A DNA stretch of 63,322 nucleotides, filler included, from Folioceros fuciformis (lineage: Eukaryota): NCBI GenBank assembly GCA_049999805.1. It is 8 parts of 8 records of this genome, joined end to end, with 100 filler letters (N's around TTAATTAATTAA, not from the genome) between each part and the next. Parts side by side here need not be neighbours in the genome. Positions count along the whole stretch, not along the records: positions 8,608 to 15,241 come from JBNGIO010006024.1; positions 15,342 to 28,873 come from JBNGIO010006025.1; 6 more parts are not named here. One strand, given 5' to 3'. Positions 13,251 to 24,595 of the stretch are shown piece after piece (the first letter of the stretch is position 1; every line of letters starts with the position of its first letter). Made by a program: the position numbers and the translations under genes. The notes beneath the pieces are model-generated. The model saw nothing but the letters and a program-made list of their open reading frames with translations. It ran no database searches and had not been told where the DNA came from.

Positions 13251-14960
13251 AGAACAACTGGCCTGCCACGTGGGATCCTGTCCAAGTGGGATCCTGTCCA
13301 GCTTGGGCCTCTGGGAAAGCAGCGGCAGTAGGCTGGCGGACCGGCTGTAGGTGGACAAGCCATGACGGCCCGACTAGCCGGTAGGCGAGTTCGAGGCGGA
13401 TTAAGGGGCTGGCTAGGTGGAATCCAGGCAACGGCCTGACTGGCTGTCGTAGCCAGGCAGTCGCCCGGCCTGTTGGCAGCGGGATGGACCAAGATGGCAG
13501 GCAGCTAGCGGCGGCAGTGGGGCTGGGTGGCTGGCTGGCCGACTCCGGAGCCGGGCTGGCTGTGGCTAGTCCAACCCGGCACGGCCAGGCCAAGCAGGCT
13601 AGTTGCTGGCGGATCCGAGGAGGCCTAATCCAGGCCAGGCCCAGCTGCTGGAGATCAGGTAGGCTGGCTGGTGATGGCAGCTCCGGGCAGGCACAGGCGT
13701 TCGGTGGGCAGACCAGAGCCGGTCAGGTGAGGCTGGGCTGAATCTAGCAGGCAAGAGCGGATCAACCAGGGGCGGCGCTGGATTCGCCTATGCTAGCTGG
13801 TCGATTCGGGGGGCCAGGAGGGGAGCTGGCTAGCAGGAGAGGCCCCAGTTGGGGGCAGGCGCTCCGGCGGAGGCAAGCCGGAGCGGATCATGCATGGCAG
13901 CTGGCCAAGTTGGGCTGCTAGCAGGCAGGCCGCCTGGCTTGCACAAGCTAGCTGGGGGGGACTTAAGCTAGGCAGCCAGGCCAAGCAAGCAGGTAGCCGC
14001 TGCAAGCGGGCAGCCAGGGCGATCGCAGTGCCGGGTGGACAGGGTTGTTGGCTGGCGTGCGAGTTTGGATCAAGGCAGGAGGCCAGCGTGTGGCCTCTGT
14101 GCTGGCGGTCTAGCTAGTGCTGAAGGCTGGTTGCACGGGAGGTGGGGCTCCAGACGGTTGGGGCTGGATTCGGAAGCAGGCTAACTGGCCAGAATCCTGC
14201 AAGGAGTCAGGCACGCAGGCAGGTTGGCCAGATCCAGGCCAAGAGGCTGGAGGTGAATTTGGGGCGGAGCAAGGACGGTGCCTTGCCGGATCACCAGGCA
14301 ACGCTGGCTAGCTGAAGCAGCAGACCCACAACAGGCGGGCTGGGCCGCGGCCAGGCAACCAAGCAAGGCAGGCTTGCCAGTCGACTCCAATCGGCTTGCT
14401 AGCTGGCCAGATCCGGAAGGTAGGTAGGGTGGCTGGTTGGCAACGAATCTAAGTCTGGCCTGGATTGCGTTTAGTAGGCTGGACCGGGAAGGTTGGTTGG
14501 CCGGATCTGGCCAAGCATCTAGCAGGCGCGGCGCAGGTGGCCTTTGGGCAAGCGGCCTGGTTGCTAGGCTAGCCGATTTGGCCGAAAGATCCGGAAGGCT
14601 AGAGGCAAGCCGCCGGGGCCGCATAGGGAGGCCGGTAGGCTGCCTAGCGGCAGTCGGAGCCAGGCCAAGTGGGTAGGAGGAGGCCGGATCGCCAAGGTGG
14701 GCAGTGGCCGGTCCAGTCATAATCCATGCCGCGCAGCCAAGCAAGTGGTGGTATCCGGACTAGCTGACCAAGCGAGCTAGGTTGTAGCTAGCGAGTGAGC
14801 AGGTTGGATCAAGATTGGCAGATCCAGGTGCTGGCTAGGGCACGGCTGGCAGACCAATCGGGGGCAGGATGCGTCTCTTGTGACTCTGGAGGAAGCATGG
14901 GCTGGACCGGGGTGGAACAGCAGCCGGGTCGCAGTAGGGAGGAGGACGGCTGGAATGGGC
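13250..14960. repeat. GC-rich degenerate repeat tract (GGCTGG/GCCAG/CCGGAT-type units)
   Basis: Abrupt compositional shift from the flanking pol/gag sequence, many short reiterated motifs, only low-complexity ORFs. Confidence 0.7.
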
Positions 14961-14963
14961 ACC

Positions 14964-15241
14964 TGTAGAGGGAAAAATTATTCGCGAACCCCTTTTTGAG
15001 TGACAGATTTGGTGGATTTTGGTTTTTTTGTGTGAAGTGAAGGAGAAAGCGGCTTGGGTTGAGGATAAAACCAAGGTATTTATACCCAAAGTCTCCTTGG
15101 GCCATGGTACTTTGGGTGAATCGGTGGCCAGACCAAGTGTATGGGGGTGGTTGGTTGTCCTTGGCCTTTGGCGGAGAGGGGGGGGTACCGCGAGGTCTAT
15201 ATATGCACCCTCCCCTTAAAAATAAGAAATAAGAAAGGGGC
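14964..15241 (-). repeat. Putative LTR 3' end (…TTTTTCCCTCTACA) with TATA-like motif
   Basis: Reverse-complement homologue of 16560-16828; GGGTATAAATACC at ~15075-15087 on minus strand. Confidence 0.6.
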
Positions 15242-15341
15242 NNNNNNNNNNNNNNNNNNNNNNNNNNNNNNNNNNNNNNNNNNNNTTAATTAATTAANNN
15301 NNNNNNNNNNNNNNNNNNNNNNNNNNNNNNNNNNNNNNNNN

Positions 15342-16235
15342 GCTGTCTCGCTTCCCCTTCTGGTGACATGCCCACCAGTCCGTCTCCTTTTGGCAGGAGT
15401 CCTCTTCCCTGTCCCCGCCTTCCTTTTCTGCTTGGTGGGGGTTTCCTCTTCCGAACTGTCCGTGCCTCCCGACTCCCAGCTGCTGGAGTCAGCCTCCTTT
15501 GGCTCTAGGGGTTTCCACTTGACTTCCCTTAGCGGCTTCCACATATGCAAGGATGCAACCACCTCCACTTTAGGCAAGAGGTTAGCATAGCAGTAAGTAT
15601 GCACAAGGAAAGGGGAAATCATCGAAGGCCGAGGAGAGGCTGAGGCCAAATTCTGCCTCTCCTCGTTCATCCTATCATAAAGGATTCTTCCCCAGTCCAC
15701 CTTGCTGCCCTTGATGACCTCGTGCACAAACAAGAGCATCTGGTTAGAAAGATAATCCTGCTTCCGAATCTGCAGGAAACTTAGAAACCACCTCGCTAGG
15801 CCATCAACGGGCCATGTCCCGAATTAGCCACCCATTGGCCTCTCGTCCTGTGCCAGTTTTGAACAGCGCTGCAGCGGCTACTGCGGTGCTGCGCTTCTTC
15901 AGGGACTCCAGCACGAGGACACCTTCTTCCCCCTAGCCGCGCCCGTAAATGCGCCGCACCAACTCGAGGTTCCAGTCCTGAGGCCATCCTTGGATTCCCT
16001 CTTCGCGGGCTGGCACCCTCATTCTCTGAGCACACTCCCTAACCAGTTGCGTAGCTGCGTGGTTCCACCTCTAGGTCATGAACCCGAGGCCTAGCTCGTC
16101 GACTAGCCCTCGAGCTCTGACCCTCCAATGCTCCATGTTTGGCCAGAAGGCCAAATCGATACTCGGGGAAGGAGGTCCCTCCTCCTCCCCAATCGCCGTC
16201 ACTCCCATGAGCGGCGCCGCAACGGTCCTCATCAT
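15342..16235 (-). pseudogene. Retrotransposon accessory ORF, N-terminal part, decayed
   Basis: LGLGFMT*RWNHAATQLVRE…DYLSNQMLLFVHEVIKGSKVDWGRILYDRM…SPFLVHTY; near-identical to 50743-50994 and homologous to 24596-27126. Confidence 0.75.
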
Positions 16236-16559
16236 GCTTGGTCGCCTGCACGCTCCCGATCGCCGCCACTCTCTAGCGCCTGCTGATCACCCATCTTCCG
16301 CTCCGCTGCAGTTGCGCCCGCTTCACTCCTGGTCAAGGTCGCACTCCACTTCTACTTCCGCTCCCGCTCCTCGACTCGCGGTCACGCTCCTGTTTGAATC
16401 CCGACTAAGTCCCCCTGACTCACCAAGGGTTTTATACTGGCCGTTCCCATTCCACTACAGCCCGTTGCCCTTCCACGACGGTGGTTCAACTTCCACTACC
16501 GTCGCTGAGTCACAACATCCCGATTTTTCTAGCTTAAGTCCACAACTACCTTTGCCTAG

Positions 16560-16828
16560 GACCCTTTTCTTTTTTTGGGGGGGGGGGTGCATATATAGAC
16601 CCCTTGGTACCCCTTGACCACCAAAGGCCAAGGACACTCTCGCTCACACCCATCCTTGGTCATGTTGCTCAGTCCAGTCAAAATACCAAAGTCCAAGGAG
16701 ACTTTGGATATACATACCCAAGTCTTATTCTCAAGGCTATGCCGTTTCACTTGCACTTTCAAAAAAAAATCAAAGCCTGCGTATTCTGTCTCTCAAAATG
16801 GGAGTTCTGAAAGTTTTTTCCCTCTACA
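16560..16828 (+). repeat. Putative LTR 3' end, second copy (…TTTTTCCCTCTACA)
   Basis: Homologous to 14964-15241; terminus lies ~600 bp upstream of the oppositely oriented accessory ORF. Confidence 0.6.
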
Positions 16829-16952
16829 GGTTGCTATATGAACAGTCACTTAGAAAGAATTTAAACGATTTTGTACTCTCATTTTATTGTTCTGTTTTAT
16901 GCTTTTGCTATTCTCTCGCGTCCTCTCATGTTTTGCACATGGTATCAAAGCC
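16829..16952 (+). promoter_or_regulatory. Remnant 5' LTR end plus tRNA-iMet PBS (TGGTATCAAAGCC, 16940-16952)
   Basis: …GCACA followed immediately by the canonical plant PBS. Confidence 0.85.
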
Positions 16953-16983
16953 ATGCTCTGTTTCTTAATACAATTCCTGGAAG

Positions 16984-17573
16984 ATGCAGAGAGTGGGTGG
17001 TTCAACTAGATGTCCGAGTCGTTGTGGGATCTCGAGACACTCCTAGCAAGCAAGACACCCACCAAGACAAACGGCACCGCCACAAATCAATATTGATACG
17101 GTGCTGAACATCTATGAATAGAACTACCCCACTCATTGGCTGCAGAGGCTTGCTGAATCACGTAGCAGAAGGGGAGCATCTGATTTTCATTTAAACAAAA
17201 ATCGAGAGGTTGATCACCTCTACAGAGAGCGTTGTTACAAGAGAGCCAAAACGCAACAGCCTACAACAACAAAGGCCAAAGTTAGCGTTAGCCCCTGCAC
17301 TGGATTTGGAAGAGGATTCGGCATGAGGATAGAATCTCTTCTAATTAGAGTTTAACAATTGCTATCATACGTAATTACAAACCAGGAATTATTGAAGAAC
17401 AGAGTTCCGACACGAAATCCTAAATTGAGCAAGCAGTCGCTGAGAGCACACAAGAAATCTCAAGAGACATCAATGACGTATATGATTTTCTGAAATTGAG
17501 TGACTTGAGGCTTCAGGAGCGAGAACAGGGCTGCCCTCATTCAGGATCAAGCTCGATTGTTCGAGCATTGTGA
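16984..17573 (+). pseudogene. Extra ORF between PBS and gag, copy 1, decayed
   Basis: Manual translation gives DTVLNIYE*NYPT, LLIRV*QLLSYVITNQELLKNR and QEISRDINDVYDFLKLSDLRLQEREQGCPHS, which align to the ORF at 33691-34281. Confidence 0.8.
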
Positions 17574-19536
17574 ATCTTCCACTGCTGCAAAGCGGGGGTC
17601 ACACACGCGCAGGAGTGCTCCTCCTGCATCCTGATATGAATCAGTGCATTCTTCCCCTACACCTCTTGATTAGACAGCATTCTTCAGCACACATTGGTCC
17701 ACTTGTACCTGTCGCTTTAGTAGACAGTCATGACGGTTAGGTTTTTGCTTTTAACCTAATTTTCAAAAAGGCTTGTCATGAACCGTTATCCAAGTTAGGG
17801 TTTGCGGGCATGGACACGACCTTTCACAATAGGCATGCTCGAACGGCATGCTAAGGAGCTCAGCAGGAGCTGATCCTAGCAATCCTGGCTAGCATTTTTT
17901 CCAGCTGAGCAACCCAGCACTCCATTCCTACATGTATTGGTTAGTGTTTTCTACAAATCTAAGTGCGGTGCATGAATGAAAACTTAGCTGTATTAGGAGA
18001 AACCATAGTTCTTCTCAATCGTCTAGTTTTTCATGTCCGTTGAAGCCCAGTTGAACACCCTCATTAATAACTTTAACAATCTCAAGTTACAACTTGCAAA
18101 CCCACTACTCCAACCACCCATCATGGCTGCCCTCTTCTACATCTTACACATCATATGTCAAAGGCAAGGACCGCTTCAGTGGGACTGGTTACCAGGTCTG
18201 GAGAGTCCGAATGAAGGTTGTTCTTGTTGCCAGAGGTGTTTGGACAAGTGTTGGTGGGAGGTTTCAGAAGCCTTACCCCAAAACAAAGCCGGATGAATAC
18301 GCTAAGTGGGAATACCACAATAGTGTGGCCATGGCTTTGCTCATCAATGCTTTAACTATAGACCTTGTCCCTGATGTTGAATTCTCGACATCGGCCAAGG
18401 AAATTTGGGATCAATTGGAGACCACCTACCACTCCACAAACATGATGTTACTATCAGGCGTCAGGATGTAATTCTACTCGTTGAAAATGAAGGAAGGAGA
18501 GAAGATAGCAACTCACACAAGCAAGTTTCGGCAATTAAGAGCCCAGATCACGTCGTTGATTGGCAACAAGATGCCTGAAGTCGAGGCTGTGTCCCAGCTG
18601 CTCATCAGCCTCCCTCCTTCATACCAGAATTTCATCACCAGCCAAAATGCCTCCATCAAACCTAGTGCAACTGCTGCCAACGCCCCCACTATTGAGGAAG
18701 TGATTGGAGCACTCTACCAGGAAGAGCAAGAAAGGCTGCTTCATGGCTCTGCTGTTTCTAAAGCAGCACAACCCGAGAAGGCCTTGGCTGTGAATTTTAG
18801 ACCTCCTAAAGGCAAGTCTAAATTCCGAGGGGGAAACCAAGGTGGAAGCTCTTCTGGTCGATCTGAATCTGCCAGCCCTTCCACCAAACGTTCCGGCACT
18901 TGCAATTGGTGTGGAACTCCTAGCCACTGGGCACGAGAGTGCCGCAAACGCAAGGCGGGTGAGCCACAGAAGCAGCCACGTGCCAACGTTGCTGTAAAAG
19001 AGAAGCAGAATGTTGACAAGGCACCAGTAAAAATCCTTACCGTTTGCTTGTCAAGTTCTCTTCACAATGATAGCTGCTGGTATCTTGACTCTAGAGCTAC
19101 AACACACATCTGTAAGGATAGGGAGTTGTTCTCCACCCTAGACCTTGTGCATGTCCATGACAAGGTGCTGCTAGGTGATGAGCAAAGTAAGTCCAGCTTG
19201 CACATAGAAGGCAAAGGCACTTATGTCTTCTGACTGCATGACAACACAGATCTCATGTTAGAAGATGTGTTGTGTGTACCCATCATGGCCAAGAACCTCA
19301 TGTCCATGAGTAGGCTGATGCAATTACGTACCTTTTGTATGCGTGCTGACTTCAACCACTATTCGTTCTACAGGAAGGCATACCCTGAAAAATGTGTCTT
19401 CAAAGGCATACTAGATCATGGCCTTTACAGATTGAATATAGTGTGTCGCCAACCACTTACTCCCAAGCATGCTACACACTCCCCTGCCACACAAACGCTT
19501 AGTGCTAAGCAGGAGGCAGTCCTATGGCGTGCTAGG

Positions 19537-22378
19537 TGTTGAAAGATCGCTCCAGGAGCTACATGGTGAAGGAGGAGAGGAGGAGGCAAGGAGGAGAGGA
19601 GAAAAGAGAGGTCACACTCTCATAATAGAGTCTCTCGCTAGCAAGGGAGCTCAAAGGGGTATTTATACCCTCTAGAAGAGCTCCATAGGAAGCTTCACAA
19701 GAAGCGCGCAAGAAGCTGTGCAAGAAGCTTCCTGCAGATTAGCTTAACCTAATCTAAACTAATGATACTTAACTAGACACTAATCTTAGACTAAACGCAT
19801 TAGTCTAAGCACATTCAGCTTTAATAACCCTACAAGTCAATTATCCAATTAGAGAATAAGTGACTCTCCACGGCTGTCAGTTGTGCAACACAGATCAGAA
19901 GGAAGAAGAGATAAGAACATCTCCATCGTCAACAGAGTTCACATCATCATGCTTGTTACTCGGAGTTGCCTTGTCGCTCTACTTCTTCTCCTTTCCTTTA
20001 TCCTTCTTGAACTTCTCGCAGTCCTTCCTGATGTGACCCTTCTTGTGACAATGGTAACACTCAACATTGTTACGACTACGAGATTTGCTACGGGAAGAAC
20101 TTCGCTCCTTGTACTTCTCCTTTGAAGTGGACCTTTCTCTCACCATGAGGGCATTGGAACCTTTCGAAGGTTCCATATTCTTCCTGTTTACCTCCTATGT
20201 TAACAGGCTACCTTCTACATTTACAACGGTAAGACCACTAGCAGGAGCAAAATTACTCAGAGCTGTACGAAAGGTGTCCCAGCTCTCTGGTAATGTGACC
20301 AACAGAAACATAGCTCTCACGGAATCTGGGAACGAGATACCTGAAAATGAGATGAGAGCTGGCTGAAAATGAGATGAGAGCTGGCTGNNNNNNNNNNATG
20401 AGATGAGAGCTGGCTGAAAATGAGATGAGAGCTGGCTGAAAATGGTATTAAACTCATTCAGATGATCGGACATCCTCGTCCCTTCCTTCATCTTCTAGTC
20501 CACTAGCTGTTTCAACTAATACACCTGAGAAGCCGCACTTTGCTTTTCATATAGGTCACACAACTTCTGCCACAGCTCGAAACTTGTGGTCTTGTCTTTC
20601 ACGTTGAAGTAGACCGACTTGGACAATGTTAGCATGATGGTAGAGCTAGCAAGCTCATCTAGATCCTGCCACTCATCCTGAGTCATGCTAACGGGTTTCA
20701 CTCCTAGCAACTTGATGGGCTTGATCTGCTTCTTCTATACTAGAACATTATACACTTGTTCTTTCCAGAACGGGAAGTTAGTACCATCTACCTTCTCGAT
20801 ATTGAACATGACGTTTTCTGAGGACGCCATGTTTTAAAATCGATGCAAATGAAGCAAAAGGCTAGAAAACAGTTGGAATGTAATGTAGATTTTAAAAGTT
20901 ACCCTCACAACGAAACGGCTGTCCACAATTTAGTCTTTGGTCGTTCACAATTGGAATGTCTCCCGTCGTCTGATCGAGATCCTGACTTCCATGGTCGGGG
21001 GCAGTTCAGCGCCTGTTTGGCGCACTCGGTGCCCGGCCAGATCCTCGCCCACTGGCGCCCTGCTGGCGAACGGCTGCAGCCAGGGTGACACCTTGCTGGC
21101 GCCTTAGTGGCGCCCCACTCGTGCCTCGATGGCTCCCAATTGGCGCCTCGCTAGCGCCCGGGTGGCGCGCAGGTGGCGCCCCACTAACGCCCAAGTGGCG
21201 CCTCGTTGGCGCTTGGGAGGCACCCCAGTGGCGCTCGGGTGGTGCCTCGTTAGCTCGTAGGTGGCACCCCATTGGCGCTTCGTTGGCACCCAGGTGGCGC
21301 CTCGATGGCGCGCCCTAGCCGGCAGCTGCGCTCTAGCCATCGCCCTAGACATCGCCCTAGTCGGCGGCTGCGCCCTAGCCATCGTCCTAGCCAGTGGCTG
21401 CACCCTAGCTGGCGGCCTAGACGATGCCCTAGCCATCGCCCTAGCCAATGCCCTAGTCGCCGCTCTAGCCTACGCCCTAGCCCCAGCCAGCGCCGGCCTA
21501 GAGCCCTAATCGCCGCCCTAGCGGCCTGGCGCCCTAGTGCCCCTGGCCGGGGCTGGCTCCCCTAGCGCCCCCGATCGGGGAGGCCGAGGGTTGGTGCCTC
21601 GGCAGGGGGCCCGGTGCCCCGCGCAGCGGAGCGGCCGGGTCAGGTGCCCCCCCTGCTGGGGTCTGCTCGCTCTCCGCGGGCTGGTCGGGGCTGGACCAGC
21701 GCCCAGGGCCCCGGCACCCTGGCCGCGGCCTGCGACTGCGGCGGTCGAGGTTCTGACGGCACCCGGGGCTGGGGGGCCTTTCATCCGCCCCGCCTAGCGG
21801 CGCCTGCGCCCCGGGAGGCCTGGCGCCTCAGGTGCCCCGCTCACCGGGCGCCCTGCGCCTCTTTGCTGTGGCGCTTGGTGTGGATGGCGCCCTGGGGTAG
21901 AACCCCCTCGCGGTGCGGCAGCAACCTCCCGGTGCCTCGCGCTCTCGGCACCCCGAGCTCCAAGCTCCCTCACTCTCGGAGCCTCGTGCTCCTCCTAGAT
22001 GCCCTTCCTCACGGGCCTTTGTCCGTGGCACCTGCAAACATGAGCATCTCGCTTCACAATTTGAGCTTCACAACCTGCGCTTTGATACCAATTGAAAGAT
22101 CGCTCCAGGAGCTACATGGTGAAGGAGGAGAGGAGGAGGCAAGGAGGAGAGGAGAAAAGAGAGGCCACACTCTCACAATAGAGCCTTTCAATAGCAAGGG
22201 AGCTCAAAGGGGTATTTATACCCTCTAGAAGAGCTCCCTAGGAAGCTGCGCAAGAAGCTTCCTACATATTAGCTTAAGCTAATCTAAACTAATGACACTT
22301 AATTAAATACTAATCTTAGACTAAATGCATTAGTTTAAACGCATTAGTCTAAGCACATTGGGCTTTAATAACCCTACA
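19537..22378 (-). mobile_element. Nested gag-only Copia derivative with both family-A LTRs
   Basis: TSD CTAGG (19532-19536 / 22379-22383); LTRs 19537-19834 and ~22093-22378; PBS TGGTATCAAAGC 22079-22090; decayed gag ~19880-20830 with CYHCHKKGHIRKDC; no pol. Confidence 0.92.
21000..22030. repeat. GC-rich tandem-repeat leader (GGCGCC and CGCCCTAGCC units)
   Basis: Reiterated TGGCGCC motifs ~21015-21310 and (C)GCCCTAGC(C) motifs ~21310-21570, located between PBS and gag. Confidence 0.85.
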
Positions 22379-24595
22379 CTAGGTTAGGCCACATCAATAA
22401 AGCCAAGCTAATTGACATGCCTGTTACTAAATGCCAAAGAGAACCCTTGCCGAAGTGCTTCAAAGACTTACCTGTTTGTGAGTCTTGCATCTTGGCAAAG
22501 CAAAAGGAATCCCCATTTCCTATTGCCCCTGCACATAGAGCTATACAAGTGCTGGAATTAGTTCATGCTGATATATCTGGAAAGATACAAGAGCCGTCCT
22601 TAGGAGGATCTCATTATTTCTTCACCCTAATAGATGACTTCAGCAGATACACATGGACGTTCCCAATGCAGCTTACAAGTGATACCTTCAGCATTTTTAG
22701 AGACTAGCTCTTTACAGCTCAAAGACAATCTGGCATGCTTCTGAAAATACTAAGGATGGATAATGGATCGGAGTTTGTAAACTCATCTTTTGATGAGCTG
22801 CTCCAGGAACATCGCATCCTTCGCCAGCTAACAGTTCCCTACACACTACAACAGAAAGGTGTATGTGAGAGCAAAAATCAGACACTGCTCGGCATGACCA
22901 GAAGCATGCTCATTTGGGCAGGCTTACCACAAGGGTATTGGGCCGAGGCAATTGTAGCAGCCACATACATCTTGAACAGGGTTCTCACGAGCTCTGTCCC
23001 ACAAAAGACACCATATGAGGTGTTCTGGAACATGAGACCTAGCTTGTTACATCTAAGGGTATTTGGCTCATGTGCATTTGCATATATCCCCGTTGAAAAA
23101 CGAAGGAAGCTGGAACCTCGTGCTCAAGGACTGATTTTTGTCGGTTATAGTGAGCATGTGGAAGCCTATAAGCTGTACAACCTATCACAAGACTGTATGT
23201 TGCTTGCCCGAAGTGTGACTTTCGTGGAGCCTAATTCACCAGTTTCTAGTACAACACAAGGTGTTCTACCCATGACAGCAAATGACTATGACACCACATC
23301 AGCTGATCTTGCTGAATATCCCTTGGAAGACATGGAACTGGTTGATATTCCACCTATCATCCCTACAGCTGCTGTTGTTGAAGCACAGGAGCATGACCTG
23401 GAACCTACAGTGGACCTACAGGCCGACCACCAGTCAGATAACGATGCACAAGATGACGAAAACGAGAGAGTTGCTGCAGAACAAGATGATGGAGCTGAGG
23501 ACGATTTTTTGGTTGATGACTTACCTGTCCAAGATCATGAGGGGGCTGAAGCTGCAGACCTAGCTGATGACCTGGACCTGTTTGTCAATGAACCAGTAGA
23601 GGACCCACCTGCACCTACCTTTGAACCTAGACGATCAACTCGCTATCGTCCACCTCCTTTCGAATGGGCAAAGCCTAGATACCAATCTGTGGACTTTAGG
23701 ACCAACCTCGCCTTTAAGACCACTTTGCCGGATGAGCCCACTAGCCTACAGCTGGCCTTCAATGGGCCTGAATCTAAACAATGAAAAGCTGCTGTCGAGG
23801 ATGAGTACCAGTCTGTTGTGAAAAATAAGACCTGGATCCTGACAAATCTACCACCAGGGCGCAAGGCCATCTCCTGCAAGTGGATTTTCAAACTTAAGTT
23901 AAATGCCAAGGGTGAGGTGGCTAGATTCAAAGCTAGATTGGTTGCACGAGGGTTCATGCATGTGGAATGCGGGTTTTTGGCAAGTACCCGCAGTAGGTAG
24001 GGAGCGGCTAATAACATTTTCAGTTTTGTTTGGTCTTGGTTTGGTAGGTTAGATGAGTGGCAATAATAAGGGGTAGAATTGTAAAGAAGTTACCTTCTTT
24101 TGGATGGCTACCTATAGGGAAGTATGGCCACATAGGGAGGATATCTATGTGGGAGGTAGTACCTAAATAACAAATATAGTTGTGAAGGGCAAGCTACCTA
24201 CAGAAAAGGGGACACCTGTGTAGAGTATCTATTAAGGGTAGTTACTACATATAGAAGTATACCTACGACAAGAGGGTATTTAAAGGGGTCCCTACGTAAG
24301 GTGTCCCATCAACGAAGGGTGCTCACCTCCACGTAGGGAACTACATCTACCTACATAGCGGGGAACTAGGAAGTAGCTGTGTGACAAGACACCTATGTTG
24401 GGGACCTACTTGTTGTGACCAAGCGGACACAGAGCAAGAGAAAGGGCTTTGCTATGGTGAGAGCCATAGGGAGGAACGATGCAGGGGACGTGAAATCAAC
24501 TCGACAGAAGCTGGGAGCAGTTGCCTATGGAGGTAGGGGTATAAACTTGCGTAAAGGAGGGCAATCGACGTTCCTGGGGTCTTGTTCCATCAACT

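Noticed and set aside
13249-14962. Overlapping ORFs in the GC-rich tract
   Set aside because: Low-complexity, multi-frame and without recognisable motifs
14964-16828. Inverted repeat pair (14964-15241 and 16560-16828) as the TIRs of one element
   Set aside because: The copies lie on different contigs separated by an artificial spacer and are substantially diverged
20341-20442. 22-bp tandem repeat in gag as a CRISPR-like or coding repeat
   Set aside because: No spacers, and it straddles a 10-N gap; most likely an unresolved local duplication or assembly artefact
21006-22228. Ala/Arg/Pro-rich ORFs (ARAMARA…) as proteins
   Set aside because: They are open in several frames on both strands because the GC-rich repeats lack stop codons
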